Of a stretch of DNA of 61,349 nucleotides, positions 19,376 to 29,574 are shown in pieces (positions within the stretch are counted from its first letter, which is position 1; every line of letters starts with the position of its first letter). The position numbers and the translations under genes are program-made. The stretch lies in the sequence record DRR723986_4781; one strand, written 5' to 3'. Below the pieces are notes generated by a model, which was given only the letters and a program-made list of their open reading frames with translations, was not told the origin of the DNA and did not search any database.

Positions 19376-19611
19376 CGCAAGCTGAACGGTAAAGCTGGAA
19401 TTCTCCCAACCCCGCACCTCCGGGAAAGGGCCTCCTAGGCGAAGACGCACGCCTGGAGGCCCCAACCCACCGGACGAGTCGAGTTTTGGGTTGCGATTGC
19501 CGTCGAGCGTTGACCGTTGTGATGTGTCTGTTAGGATCAGCCGCTTGGATTGAAAACCAGCCAAGAACCTTACAGAAGTCGCACCACAGCGACTCATCCG
19601 GAGCGATCCCC

Positions 19612-20991
19612 TTGACCGATTCACCATCGCGCAGTGGCGTTTTTGCAGCTTCAATGGACCGACGTCTTGAGGCATTCAGCGAGAGCATCAGTTTCGACTA
19701 CCGGCTCTTTCGCCAGGACGTGCGAGGATCAATCGCTCATGCTCGCATGCTGACCAAGCAGGGCATGCTGTCTGAAGATGAGTTTCAGCAGATCGAGAAG
19801 ACGCTGCGAGAAATTGAAGCAGAAATTGCAGATGGAAAGATGGAGTTTCGTTTCGAGCTCGAAGATATCCATATGCATATCGAGAGCCAGCTCATCGAGC
19901 GTTTGGGGGATGTTGGGCGCAAACTCCACACCGCTCGCAGCCGCAACGACCAGGTGAACACCGATTTTCGCCTGTGGGTCCGGGAGGCAATCGACAACGT
20001 GGATCAACTTCTGCGTGAATTGCAGAAAGCGTTCCTCAGTCGATGCTCTGGTGACTTCGACGTTATCCTACCGGCTTACACGCATTTACAACGCGCTCAA
20101 CCTGTTCTGGCACCACACTACTGGCTTTGCTATGTAGAAAAATTCCAGCGTGATCGAGATCGGCTCCGCGATTGCCGTCGTCGCGTCAACGTCTGCGGCT
20201 TGGGAACTGCCGCCTGCGCAGGTACAACTCTCCCCATCGACCGCGATGCAACTGCGGCGGAGTTGGAATTCGAAGGCGTTGCCGCAAATAGTATCGATGT
20301 CAGTAGCGATCGCGACTTTGTCCTTGAGACCGCATTTGACCTAGCGATGATCGCGGAACATCTTAGCGGTTGGGCGGAAGAGTGGATTCTGTGGTCGACA
20401 GTCGAATACAACTTCATCCAATTGCCCCATGCCTTCTGCACCGGTTCATCGATTATGCCACAGAAGGTCAACCCAGATACACTTGAACTAACCCGAGGCA
20501 AATCTGCTCGTGTGCTTGGCAACCTGCAAACCCTCATGGTACTGCTTAAGGGGCTGCCGCTGGCTTACAACCGCGATCTCCAGGAAGACAAACCGCCTCT
20601 GTTTGATTCCTTTGACACCATCACGGCGATGCTTGAACTGGCCGCTCCAATCGTCCGCGACAGCCAGCTTCAGCGTGAATCGATCGCCTCAAGGTTGGAT
20701 CGCGGATATCTGGACGCAACTACGCTGATGGAGCAACTGATCAAGAAAGGAATGCCTCAACGCACAGCTCATCACCTGGTGGGAACTCTGGTTGGCATGG
20801 CACAGGAGTCGGATGTTTCGCTGGCGGAATTATCCGAAGAGCAGCTAAAACAGGCGCATCCCGACCTAGATCGAACGATCCAAGAGGTGCTGGGGGTCAA
20901 AAAGGCGGTGGAAGCGTACCAAAGTTACGGTTCGAGCAGCCCAGATCGTGTCCAAGAACAGGTCAAACGGTGGGAAGAGCAATTACAATAG
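19612..20991 (+). CDS. argH: Argininosuccinate lyase
   Basis: EDIHM, KLHTARSRNDQ, YTHLQRAQP, GSSIMPQKVNPD, YNRDLQEDK. Confidence 0.97.
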   Translation: MTDSPSRSGVFAASMDRRLEAFSESISFDYRLFRQDVRGSIAHARMLTKQGMLSEDEFQQIEKTLREIEAEIADGKMEFRFELEDIHMHIESQLIERLGDVGRKLHTARSRNDQVNTDFRLWVREAIDNVDQLLRELQKAFLSRCSGDFDVILPAYTHLQRAQPVLAPHYWLCYVEKFQRDRDRLRDCRRRVNVCGLGTAACAGTTLPIDRDATAAELEFEGVAANSIDVSSDRDFVLETAFDLAMIAEHLSGWAEEWILWSTVEYNFIQLPHAFCTGSSIMPQKVNPDTLELTRGKSARVLGNLQTLMVLLKGLPLAYNRDLQEDKPPLFDSFDTITAMLELAAPIVRDSQLQRESIASRLDRGYLDATTLMEQLIKKGMPQRTAHHLVGTLVGMAQESDVSLAELSEEQLKQAHPDLDRTIQEVLGVKKAVEAYQSYGSSSPDRVQEQVKRWEEQLQ

Positions 20992-21073
20992 GGACTCGGC
21001 CCGCCACGCGCGGGGAATTCCCCCGGGAGACTTTCGGGGGACCTTCAGGCCTGCTGAACACGAATCTCTTCTC

Positions 21074-23290
21074 ATGCTGCTTTTCCACTCACGCTCTCTA
21101 GCTGTTTGGGCGATTGCCGCCATCTGCATCTGCGGACCACTGCGAGCACAGGATCCGTTCTCTGGCGACTTTGGCACGGACACCGATCCTGATCCGGGCT
21201 CGATCTTCGGCGGTGCCCCAGCATTCGGTGGAGCTGCCCAACCTACGGCGGCAACGGCGGGCACTTCGGCTGCTCCGGCCGAATCTGATCCACTCGTGCT
21301 AACCGTTCGCGAGAACCCGCCCAAATCCCCTAAGGACATGGCACGAGCAATTGTCTGGATGGCGGGCATCAAACGGATGGACGAAGTGTCGCGATTGCTC
21401 GACATGACGCGGCAAGCTGGTTGGGCACTTGGGCAGAAGGCTGAACTTGGAAGAGACATCGGTCTTGCCCGACTGCTTCGCATCAAGGGCGAATCCGAAG
21501 ACCTGAGCGACGAGAACAAAAAACTGCTCAGCGAGATCATCGCAGCCCCAAAGAAAGTGGCTGAGGACCCGAGCTGGATCAACAAATGGCTACACCAGCT
21601 TGCCAGCAACGATGTTGGCAGCCAACGCCTGGCCTATCTGCGTCTGCAGGATTCCGGAAGTGCGGCAATCGGGGCACTTGCTACCGACCTGCTTTCCGAT
21701 TCCCCCAAGGTGAAACCACACATATCCGTTCGATGCATCCGCTCGTTTGGCGACGAAGGCATCAGTGCGCTGCGAGCCGCTTGCGAGAACACGGGCAACG
21801 ACTCAGCCGCTGGAGTCATTTCGGCGGTAGCAGAAATGGACGCGTCCTTATTCGCTGGCGAGATTGCTGCGGCCCTGCACGGCGACGAAACAAGTAGCCA
21901 ACAACGCGCGGCCCTACAGGAGGTTGACCTCCCCAGCACCCTGGTTGATCGCAGCAGCGCAATCGAAATTCTCCGCAGCAACTTTTCGCGTTCTGTCGAT
22001 GCTTTCCAAGTTGCCCGTGGCCACCTCGGAGACTTAGGCACAGAGACGCGTTGGGAGTTGTCGGAGAACGGAAAGACCATTGAGCCAAGGCAGCTTTCGC
22101 CTGTCGAGCGGGCTCTTTCCAGAGCGGCTCACTCTGCCGCCCTGCTCTTGAGCGTCGAGACGGATCCGGGAAACAGGTTGGAATGCACCGCGATTTTGCT
22201 GCAGTCAAATCCAAACCGGACGATCTCCGAAACGGAAACGAATATCAGCGGGCTCCTTCAGGCTTGCGAACGTCTTCAACTTCACGCCGCCGCCCTGAAT
22301 GTCCTCAAGGGTATTTCGAGCGGGAAGATTGGCTCCCCACTCAAGCATCTCGATTTGGTGAGTAAGTACCTCAGTGACTCACGGCCACAGTTCCGATTCG
22401 AAGCACTTGCTGCAGTTGCACAAGCAGAACCACACTTTTCATTCGCGGGAGCAGAAAAGAGCCTGCATGTTGCGTTTGAAATGTCACAACTGCGCGGCGG
22501 CCCTTCCGTACTTGCCATCGGTCACCACTCAGACCTAACTCAAGCGGCAAAACAGCAAGTTGAATCTATCCTGGGTGGCCACGCCTACACCGCCAACACC
22601 GCGAGAGAGGCGATTGGCCTGCTGTCGATGGATGCCCCTATCGAACACATTTTGATTGTAGACCGACTGCCTGACCAAAGCCTGTTTGTTTTCCTGCAGC
22701 GGCTGCGTGGTGGAAAAGCAACCCACGACCTACCAATCGCTGTACTCACAGATGACATCAGTGACAGCGAACTTCGCTTGATCGGCAGACTCCCGGGCGT
22801 TATTCACTCAGTCCTTTCGCGAAACGACTTACAGATTCGCAGAATTGCCAACACGCTCAACGAACAACTCGACACACCGCCAATGAACGATGCGGATCGA
22901 GTCCGCTACTTTGAGATCGGCAGTAGCTTTTTAACCGAAGTCATCTCTGACCGCGCAAAGTATGCGTTCTACCCCGTGGGAGACCTTCGCGAGAGATTCC
23001 AGAGCTTGGGTGTGACACTCTCCTCGACCGCCAGAACGGAACTCCTCAAAGGGCTTGGAACGTCCGATTCTCAGTTGCGTTTAATTGCAATGGCCAGCGA
23101 TGGCAACTTGAACGACCAAGATCGCATCAACGCCGCCAAGCAGTTTGCCACGTCGGCGAAACGCTTCGGGTTGCTGCTAGATCGCCAGAGCCAGTTGCGA
23201 ATTTACGACTTGTACAACCAACAGGGACCAAGCGATCCCACCGCGGCCGAAGCGTTGGGCATTGTCCTGGATGCTGTCGAACAGCAATGA
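21074..23290 (+). CDS. Exported alpha-helical (HEAT-like) repeat protein with a receiver-like domain
   Basis: Signal peptide ending PLRA|QD; helical repeats; segment AYTANTAREAIGLL..IEHILIVD...FLQRLR....THDLPIAVLT resembles a REC fold. Confidence 0.6.
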   Translation: MLLFHSRSLAVWAIAAICICGPLRAQDPFSGDFGTDTDPDPGSIFGGAPAFGGAAQPTAATAGTSAAPAESDPLVLTVRENPPKSPKDMARAIVWMAGIKRMDEVSRLLDMTRQAGWALGQKAELGRDIGLARLLRIKGESEDLSDENKKLLSEIIAAPKKVAEDPSWINKWLHQLASNDVGSQRLAYLRLQDSGSAAIGALATDLLSDSPKVKPHISVRCIRSFGDEGISALRAACENTGNDSAAGVISAVAEMDASLFAGEIAAALHGDETSSQQRAALQEVDLPSTLVDRSSAIEILRSNFSRSVDAFQVARGHLGDLGTETRWELSENGKTIEPRQLSPVERALSRAAHSAALLLSVETDPGNRLECTAILLQSNPNRTISETETNISGLLQACERLQLHAAALNVLKGISSGKIGSPLKHLDLVSKYLSDSRPQFRFEALAAVAQAEPHFSFAGAEKSLHVAFEMSQLRGGPSVLAIGHHSDLTQAAKQQVESILGGHAYTANTAREAIGLLSMDAPIEHILIVDRLPDQSLFVFLQRLRGGKATHDLPIAVLTDDISDSELRLIGRLPGVIHSVLSRNDLQIRRIANTLNEQLDTPPMNDADRVRYFEIGSSFLTEVISDRAKYAFYPVGDLRERFQSLGVTLSSTARTELLKGLGTSDSQLRLIAMASDGNLNDQDRINAAKQFATSAKRFGLLLDRQSQLRIYDLYNQQGPSDPTAAEALGIVLDAVEQQ

Positions 23291-23465
23291 CCGCACCTCT
23301 ATCGCCGCTGGCCGTGATCGAAAACGCCCTTCCCCTGCCCTTTAGCTCTCCTCGCAAGCCCAAGGGCCAGCATCGCAGCCTTACTCGCTTCGCCTCAAAG
23401 CGACACGAAACGCCCTAGGCTACCCAGGCTGTCCCGGCGACTGCTTGCGACAATGGCGTTCCGCC

Positions 23466-23480
23466 GCGACAATTGTGCCA
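23466..23480 (-). promoter_or_regulatory. Candidate sigma54 (-24/-12) promoter
   Basis: Minus strand TGGCACAATTGTCGC: TGGCAC with correct GG-N10-GC spacing, next to a sigma54 activator gene. Confidence 0.45.
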
Positions 23481-23643
23481 GAGTAGTAAGTGGCCAGGAC
23501 TGGCGCGCGTCGTGTGCTCTGCCGAACGACGCGCGGAAGTGAGAGCAGGCGTGCATCGACTTACCCGTACGAACCTGAACCGCGCTGTGTACTTCGCCGA
23601 GTAGTTCAAGGAAGAGTCGTCCGACAGGACCTGAGAATAGACA

Positions 23644-24726
23644 ATGTCGCAGTATGGCTTTAGGCAACAAGGTTCAGCAGCGGGCTCGCCCGTAGCGGGG
23701 ATTATTGGTGCCAGCCCAGCCATGCAAGCAGTCTACGAAACGACTCGGCGGGTCGCCCAAAGCACAGCGTCTGTCCTGCTGCTCGGCGAGACTGGCACCG
23801 GCAAAGAGCTTATCGCTGGCGCAATCCACCGTCTCAGCGACCGTAGCTCTGGTCCATTTGTAAAGGTCAACTGCGGCGCTCTTAGTGAGAGCCTGCTCGA
23901 AAGCGAACTCTTCGGCCACGTCCGCGGCGCGTTCACGAGTGCTGTTCAGAATCGAACGGGACGATTTGAAGCAGCCCACACCGGAACGATCTTCTTAGAC
24001 GAAATCAACAGCACTTCGTTGATTCTCCAAGTCAAGCTGCTGCGCGTACTACAGGAACGCGAGTTCGAACGCGTCGGCGATACTTCCACGATCACCGTAG
24101 ATACGCGAGTCATTGCGGCCAGCAACCGTGACCTAACAGTTGAAGTTCAGGAAGAACGATTCCGCGAAGACCTCTACTGGCGATTGAACGTCGTCCCAAT
24201 ACAAATCCCTCCACTAAGGCAACGCCCGGAAGACATTCCCGATCTGGTTGTGCACTTCTTAAATTACTACAGCGAAGCGAACAATCGATACGTCGTCCAC
24301 ATAAGCCAAGAAGCCATCGAACTGCTCCAGAACTATCACTGGCCTGGCAATGTGCGTGAACTACAGAACTATGTCGAACGCGCGGTTGTAATGGCAGAAA
24401 GCGATGAACTATCTGTTGATTTGCTGCCTGAAGTTGTTCGGGGTGGGCGACCAGAATCGACGACGGTATCGATGCGAGGTGTCGACTTCGACAGTCTAAC
24501 CGAAGAAATGGTGCAGCAAGGCGTTCGGCAAGCAGAAGAGGCCGGCCAGGAGATTCACACCTTCGTCGTCAACCGAATTGAAAAAGAAGTCATCGCCAAG
24601 GTTTTGGCGGATTGCAACTTCGTTCAGACGAAAGCGGCCGCGAAGCTTGGAATCAACCGAAACACCCTTCACAAGAAGGTGAAGGACTACAAAATCGAAA
24701 CGCCTGACGCGGGCGACTCGAACTGA
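23644..24726 (+). CDS. Sigma54-dependent enhancer-binding protein (AAA+ and Fis HTH) with no N-terminal sensor domain
   Basis: [47 protein letters not shown]. Confidence 0.93.
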   Translation: MSQYGFRQQGSAAGSPVAGIIGASPAMQAVYETTRRVAQSTASVLLLGETGTGKELIAGAIHRLSDRSSGPFVKVNCGALSESLLESELFGHVRGAFTSAVQNRTGRFEAAHTGTIFLDEINSTSLILQVKLLRVLQEREFERVGDTSTITVDTRVIAASNRDLTVEVQEERFREDLYWRLNVVPIQIPPLRQRPEDIPDLVVHFLNYYSEANNRYVVHISQEAIELLQNYHWPGNVRELQNYVERAVVMAESDELSVDLLPEVVRGGRPESTTVSMRGVDFDSLTEEMVQQGVRQAEEAGQEIHTFVVNRIEKEVIAKVLADCNFVQTKAAAKLGINRNTLHKKVKDYKIETPDAGDSN

Positions 24727-24854
24727 CTCGGGCGACCCGACTAGCGCCTACGACACAGGTCCGTTACACTCAGACAATCATCATAAGTCCCACTGGACGA
24801 CACTTTGCAGAAGCATCTAGTTGCACCCCCATTATCGGCTCGTCAAAAACCGCA

Positions 24855-25802
24855 ATGACAAAACCAGACGACCTATTCCCGACTGAAAAACTGGGACAGA
24901 TTCACCAAGGTGACTGCATTGAGGGCATGCAAGAAATCCCCGATGCAACCGTCGACCTAGTATTCGCCGACCCACCGTTTAATATCGGCTATCAATACGA
25001 CAAGTACGATGATTCTCTTGAGGAAGAGAAATACCTTGCCTGGTCCGCCGACTGGATGGAACAGGTACACCGCATCCTGAAACCCAATGGCACTTTCTGG
25101 CTTGCAATCGGTGACGAATACGCCGCAGAGCTGAAGATAGAAGCGAAGAAGCTTGGCTTTAAGACTCGAAATTGGGTCATTTGGTATTACACATTTGGCG
25201 TCCACTGCAAATCGAAGTTCACTCGCTCCCATGCGCACCTGTTCTACTTTGTGAAGAACGAAAAAGAATTCACATTCAACTTCGACGGCGTTGCTGTCCC
25301 TTCCGCTCGACAACTAGTCTACAACGACAAACGCGGCAATCCGAAGGGGAGAACACCCGACGACACCTGGATTCTGCGTCCACAGGATTGCGACGGATTC
25401 GATGAGTCGGAAGACACCTGGTATTTCCCTCGCGTAGCTGGCACGTTCAAGGAACGTGCTGGCTTCCACGGCTGCCAAATGCCTGAACAACTGCTAGGCC
25501 GCATCATCCGTGGTTGCAGCAATGAAGGCGATGTCGTGGTCGACCCCTTTTCAGGTTCCTCGACGACTCTAACCGTGGCGAAAAAGCTTGCACGAAACTT
25601 CGCAGGTTTCGAACTGTCTGAAGATTACGTCCGTTTGGGCACTGAGCGGATCGAATCAGTCAAGGTCGGACAGGAGCTGAGCGGCGCACCGGAGCCAAAG
25701 GTCAGCGCTCCGGCAACCAAGAACGCACGTAAGACGAAGACCGCTCGAAAGAAGCCACAAAAGAAGACCGCGCCCAAACAGAAAACGCTCGAACTTGAGT
25801 GA
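24855..25802 (+). CDS. Site-specific DNA methyltransferase (N6-A/N4-C, beta class)
   Basis: DPPF catalytic motif near the N-terminus; DPFSGS SAM motif near the C-terminus; Lys-rich tail. Confidence 0.9.
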   Translation: MTKPDDLFPTEKLGQIHQGDCIEGMQEIPDATVDLVFADPPFNIGYQYDKYDDSLEEEKYLAWSADWMEQVHRILKPNGTFWLAIGDEYAAELKIEAKKLGFKTRNWVIWYYTFGVHCKSKFTRSHAHLFYFVKNEKEFTFNFDGVAVPSARQLVYNDKRGNPKGRTPDDTWILRPQDCDGFDESEDTWYFPRVAGTFKERAGFHGCQMPEQLLGRIIRGCSNEGDVVVDPFSGSSTTLTVAKKLARNFAGFELSEDYVRLGTERIESVKVGQELSGAPEPKVSAPATKNARKTKTARKKPQKKTAPKQKTLELE

Positions 25803-25930
25803 CCCGGCTGCCAGACCGCTCCTTCAAAGCGATCGTTCGCCCCGACTGACGATGGTAAATACTGGCACTTTGGAGACCTGTTTGGTTATACTTGCAGTGC
25901 AGAAAACGTAAGTCTCCAAGGAGCCCAATC

Positions 25931-26488
25931 GTGCCAACAAGCCCAGGCACCAGCAAACTGTGGGATTACGAGGCCTACGCTGCAATTCCCGATGACCTGC
26001 TAAGGCACGAGATCATTGGGGGAGCACATTTCGCGAACCCGGCGCCAAATCTCTACCACCAAACTGTCTCTCGCCGGCTTCAGTTTCAGTTGTATGAGCA
26101 AATTGAGCTCAACGGTCTAGGTGTCGTCTTCAATGCACCGGTCGACTTGCAGCTTACGGATCACGACATTGTTCAACCTGATATCGTCGTGATTGCCCGA
26201 AGCAGAAAACACATCATGACGCCAACGAAAATCCGTGGTGTCCCCAGTCTGGTTATTGAAGTTCTATCTCCATCAAACCCGAAACACGACAAGGTCCTCA
26301 AACGGGGTGTCTACCAGAGCAGTTGCGTACCCGAATACTGGATCGTTGATCCCAGTGAACACAGTGTCCTCCAGTTGATCCTAGGGGAAGACGAAAAGTA
26401 CTCCGAACAGAGCCACACGGAATCCGTATCGGTCCAGTCTGAATTAGGAGCCACCGTTGATCTCACCAAAGTATGGGGTGCCGACTAG
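25931..26488 (+). CDS. Uma2/DUF820 family PD-(D/E)xK nuclease-like protein
   Basis: HEIIGG, HQ, VQPDI, LVIEVLSPS, EYWIVDP. Confidence 0.9.
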   Translation: MPTSPGTSKLWDYEAYAAIPDDLLRHEIIGGAHFANPAPNLYHQTVSRRLQFQLYEQIELNGLGVVFNAPVDLQLTDHDIVQPDIVVIARSRKHIMTPTKIRGVPSLVIEVLSPSNPKHDKVLKRGVYQSSCVPEYWIVDPSEHSVLQLILGEDEKYSEQSHTESVSVQSELGATVDLTKVWGAD

Positions 26489-26558
26489 CTCTGCGCTCTA
26501 TCGCAGCCGCACCAGCGGAAAGCCACTGAGCACTTCCGCACACCTAGACTGAACGGTA

Positions 26559-27506
26559 TTAGAAATTGTCCGCATCGCGATAGGCGGCAATCACGGCCTG
26601 CTCTCCAGCCGCGCCCTTCATACTGTTGCCGTGCTCCATACCAATTACGCCTTCGTAGCCCTTGCTATGGATGTGCTTAAAGACGGCACGGTAATTGATC
26701 TCGCCGGTGCCGGGCTCCTTTCGACCAGGGTTGTCACCTGATTGCATGTAGCCAATCTCATCCCAGCAAAGATCAATATTCGGAATCAGATTTCCTTCTG
26801 TGATCTGCTGGTGATAGATATCGAACAATATCTTACAGCTAGAACTATTCACCGCTCGACACACGGCGTACGCTTGATCGCTATGTCGGAGAAAAACACC
26901 TCCGTGATTCGCGTGCCAGTTCAGCGGTTCGAGCACCATAACCAACTTGTGGGACTCAATTACGTCGACGCAACGCCGGAGCATGTCAATGGCATTCGCG
27001 AGCTGATAGCCCGCGGCCAGCCTAGGCCCACCGTACTTATTCCACTCCCCTACTTCGGGATGCTGCTGATCAACACTGCCCGGCACGACAGTAAACCACT
27101 TTGCTCGACAACGCTTTGCCACCTCGACCGCGTCACGCATGCCCTGCAATATTTCCTCTTGGTCTGCCTCCGATGGCCGCACAAACGACGGTCGATCAAA
27201 ACTGGCATAGGCCACGAAGACGCCCATCTGCATGCCCAGTTTCTCAAGCAGGTCGCCAATTTTCTCTTGCTCGTCCGCAGGACGCGACGCCATGCCGTTG
27301 TCTTCCCACGCCGTGAACCCCTGGTCGGCAGCAAAACGAATCTGGTCGAGAACCTCTGCCCCTGCCGATGCCTTGAACATCCGAGGATGCGGAGCATAAC
27401 CGAGCTTGAACTTCCCAGCACCGACGCCTGACTTTGCGCGACGAACTTGCGATGCGACTGCAATCCCACTAGCCACAGTCCCCAAAATTGCGTCTCTTCG
27501 TTTCAT
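26559..27506 (-). CDS. Tat-signal hydroxypyruvate isomerase family TIM-barrel protein
   Basis: MKRRDAI signal; LEPLN, FDIYHQQI.EG, DNPGRKEPGTGEINY. Confidence 0.85.
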   Translation of the reverse strand: MKRRDAILGTVASGIAVASQVRRAKSGVGAGKFKLGYAPHPRMFKASAGAEVLDQIRFAADQGFTAWEDNGMASRPADEQEKIGDLLEKLGMQMGVFVAYASFDRPSFVRPSEADQEEILQGMRDAVEVAKRCRAKWFTVVPGSVDQQHPEVGEWNKYGGPRLAAGYQLANAIDMLRRCVDVIESHKLVMVLEPLNWHANHGGVFLRHSDQAYAVCRAVNSSSCKILFDIYHQQITEGNLIPNIDLCWDEIGYMQSGDNPGRKEPGTGEINYRAVFKHIHSKGYEGVIGMEHGNSMKGAAGEQAVIAAYRDADNF

Positions 27507-27569
27507 GTTATCTCCTGAAGGCCACAGTGATACCTAAACAAATTGCTGCACAAAGCCAAACGCCGGATT

Positions 27570-28538
27570 TTAGGCTGCCTCAGACTCTTCCGAATCGCCG
27601 GCAAGGCGACTACCACACCACTCCAAACCAAACGTCCCAGCCGCGGCAACGACGACCAACACAACAACTAGAACAATGCTCACCCCCGCCTCGGCAGGTG
27701 GAATGTGCTGCAAGACCTGCTCCTTAAATGGCAGCTCTTTCGTTTCTGGCGTAACGGCTTGGAAAGGCCATATCTTGTAAAGCGAACCCAGCATGAGCCC
27801 GGCCAAGAAACCGAGCGTGCGGTCATGGTACTTCTCCAGCAGGTGCCGCAGTATGCGACTAAAGCACAGCAGGCCAACCAAGCAGCCAACCAGAAACGCA
27901 GCAACGATCACCATACCATCAAAGCTGACCTCTCCTTTCGGGATCCCCTTAATCAACTCAGTGACGGGATGATAAACGCCCAGCAGCAACAGCACGAACG
28001 CTCCGCTTATGCCGGGTAAGATCATGGCACAGATAGCAACTGTTGCACAGAGAAAGGCGCTGAATGGAGTCAGCTCCGTTGTCGCCTTTTGCTGTATACA
28101 AATCTGATAGGCAACAAAAGCACCGATCGCGGCAAGAATGAAAACGCTCGGTGAGAGACGATGCAACTGCTTGCCGACGATGACACTGGACGCCAAAATC
28201 AATCCAGTGAACACTGCAAACGTGTAGGACAGATGATGCTCGAGCAAGAAATGCATCAGGGAGGCCAGAGCAACCACTCCGCCAGCCATCCCAATGGCAA
28301 TCGCAACTAGGAAGCGAAGGTCGATATGCTCTGCGGCCGCGCGAAAGTCACCCTTGCGAACCAAACCAATCGCATGGGAATCGATATGACTGATGGCAGT
28401 CACAAGCCTGCGGTAGTGCCCAAGAATGAGCGCCATGGTGCCACCAGAGATCCCCGGCACGATATCCGCACAACCCATGCAAAGCCCGCGAAGCAAGTTG
28501 CCGATATCACCGACAAAACCGTTTTGTTTATCACGCAT
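27570..28538 (-). CDS. DUF368 family protein (undecaprenyl phosphate translocase/flippase family)
   Basis: MGCADIVPGISGGTMALILG and AMILPGISGAFVLLLLG motifs; KIWPF. Confidence 0.9.
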   Translation of the reverse strand: MRDKQNGFVGDIGNLLRGLCMGCADIVPGISGGTMALILGHYRRLVTAISHIDSHAIGLVRKGDFRAAAEHIDLRFLVAIAIGMAGGVVALASLMHFLLEHHLSYTFAVFTGLILASSVIVGKQLHRLSPSVFILAAIGAFVAYQICIQQKATTELTPFSAFLCATVAICAMILPGISGAFVLLLLGVYHPVTELIKGIPKGEVSFDGMVIVAAFLVGCLVGLLCFSRILRHLLEKYHDRTLGFLAGLMLGSLYKIWPFQAVTPETKELPFKEQVLQHIPPAEAGVSIVLVVVLVVVAAAGTFGLEWCGSRLAGDSEESEAA

Positions 28539-28721
28539 CGCATATCTCAACGGAACAGTGGGGCGTGTGCTCGATTCACACTTCTACTGGTCAGCTTCGG
28601 ACGGAGCTGCAACCATAATTGAGAAACACTTGGTATTCCAGTGTTGCCGGAAAAGTGTTGCCACACACCGGCTGCTCACCAGGCATGACCACTGCAATCA
28701 AACACTCTCTCGGAGCGGCCG

Positions 28722-29549
28722 TTGAACGATTACTTAGAAGCGATCATCATCGGCATCGTCGAGGGCCTGACTGAATTCTTACCGGTCAGCTCGACTGCTC
28801 ATATTCGCCTGACCCAGGACCTGCTTAACCAACCATTGGAAAGCGAGTACTGGAAGATGTTTGCCATCGTCATCCAGTTGGGGGCTATTCTCTCCGTCTT
28901 GGTTTACTTCCGAAGCCGGATTGCTGGATTTGTTGCAAGCTACCCGAAGGGCAAATCAGGCACAAAGAAGTGGTGGAACCATCCGATCGCCCTGGTTGCA
29001 CTCAGCTTCGTCGTGACCGCTGGCCCATGCTTTTTGATGGACAAGTTGATATCGGAGAACCTCGAGAACAAGTTCGGGATCGGCATTGCACTGATTGTTG
29101 GTGGAATCGTGATGTGGATTGTCGACCGCGTCTACAGTTCACGATCCACCACTGAAGAAGTAGAAGAGATGACACTCGCTCAAGCGATCATCATCGGACT
29201 CACCCAGATCTTTGCAGCAACTTTCCCCGGCGTTAGCCGCTCCATGTCCACGATTGCAGGCGGGCAAGTAATGGGCTTGTCGCGAAGCGCTGCTCTGGAG
29301 TTCAGCTTCTTCTTGTCCATTCCCGTGATGATTGCGGCAACGGGCTACAAGCTCTTACAATTCGTTCTCGAATCGGAAACCAGCGTCACCAGCAAACAAT
29401 GGATCGCACTGGCCATCGGATTTGGTGTCAGCTTCATCGTCGCCTTAGCTGTGATCGCCTGGTTCATGGGTTGGGTCAAGAAGCGCGGCTTTACTCCGTT
29501 TGCAATCTACCGCGTCATTATCGGTGTCGTCGTTCTTCTCGCCATGTAG
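28722..29549 (+). CDS. uppP: Undecaprenyl-diphosphate phosphatase
   Basis: GIVEGLTEFLPVSSTAH, IQLGAIL, PGVSRS, AALEFSFFLSIP. Confidence 0.95.
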   Translation: MNDYLEAIIIGIVEGLTEFLPVSSTAHIRLTQDLLNQPLESEYWKMFAIVIQLGAILSVLVYFRSRIAGFVASYPKGKSGTKKWWNHPIALVALSFVVTAGPCFLMDKLISENLENKFGIGIALIVGGIVMWIVDRVYSSRSTTEEVEEMTLAQAIIIGLTQIFAATFPGVSRSMSTIAGGQVMGLSRSAALEFSFFLSIPVMIAATGYKLLQFVLESETSVTSKQWIALAIGFGVSFIVALAVIAWFMGWVKKRGFTPFAIYRVIIGVVVLLAM

Positions 29550-29574
29550 CGACGACCAATGGTGCAGCCGAAGG

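Noticed and set aside
23287..23418. 43-codon ORF overlapping the stop of the HEAT-like gene
   Set aside because: No recognisable motif or other support
23540..23612. Canonical TPP riboswitch
   Set aside because: TGAGA and ACCCGT..GAACCTGA match, but the 5' GGG P2 strand and the TAAT..GCG.AGGGA 3' half are missing, and no thiamine gene follows
24855..26488. Restriction-modification pair (methyltransferase plus Uma2)
   Set aside because: Uma2/DUF820 genes are abundant scattered paralogues with no established role as cognate restriction enzymes
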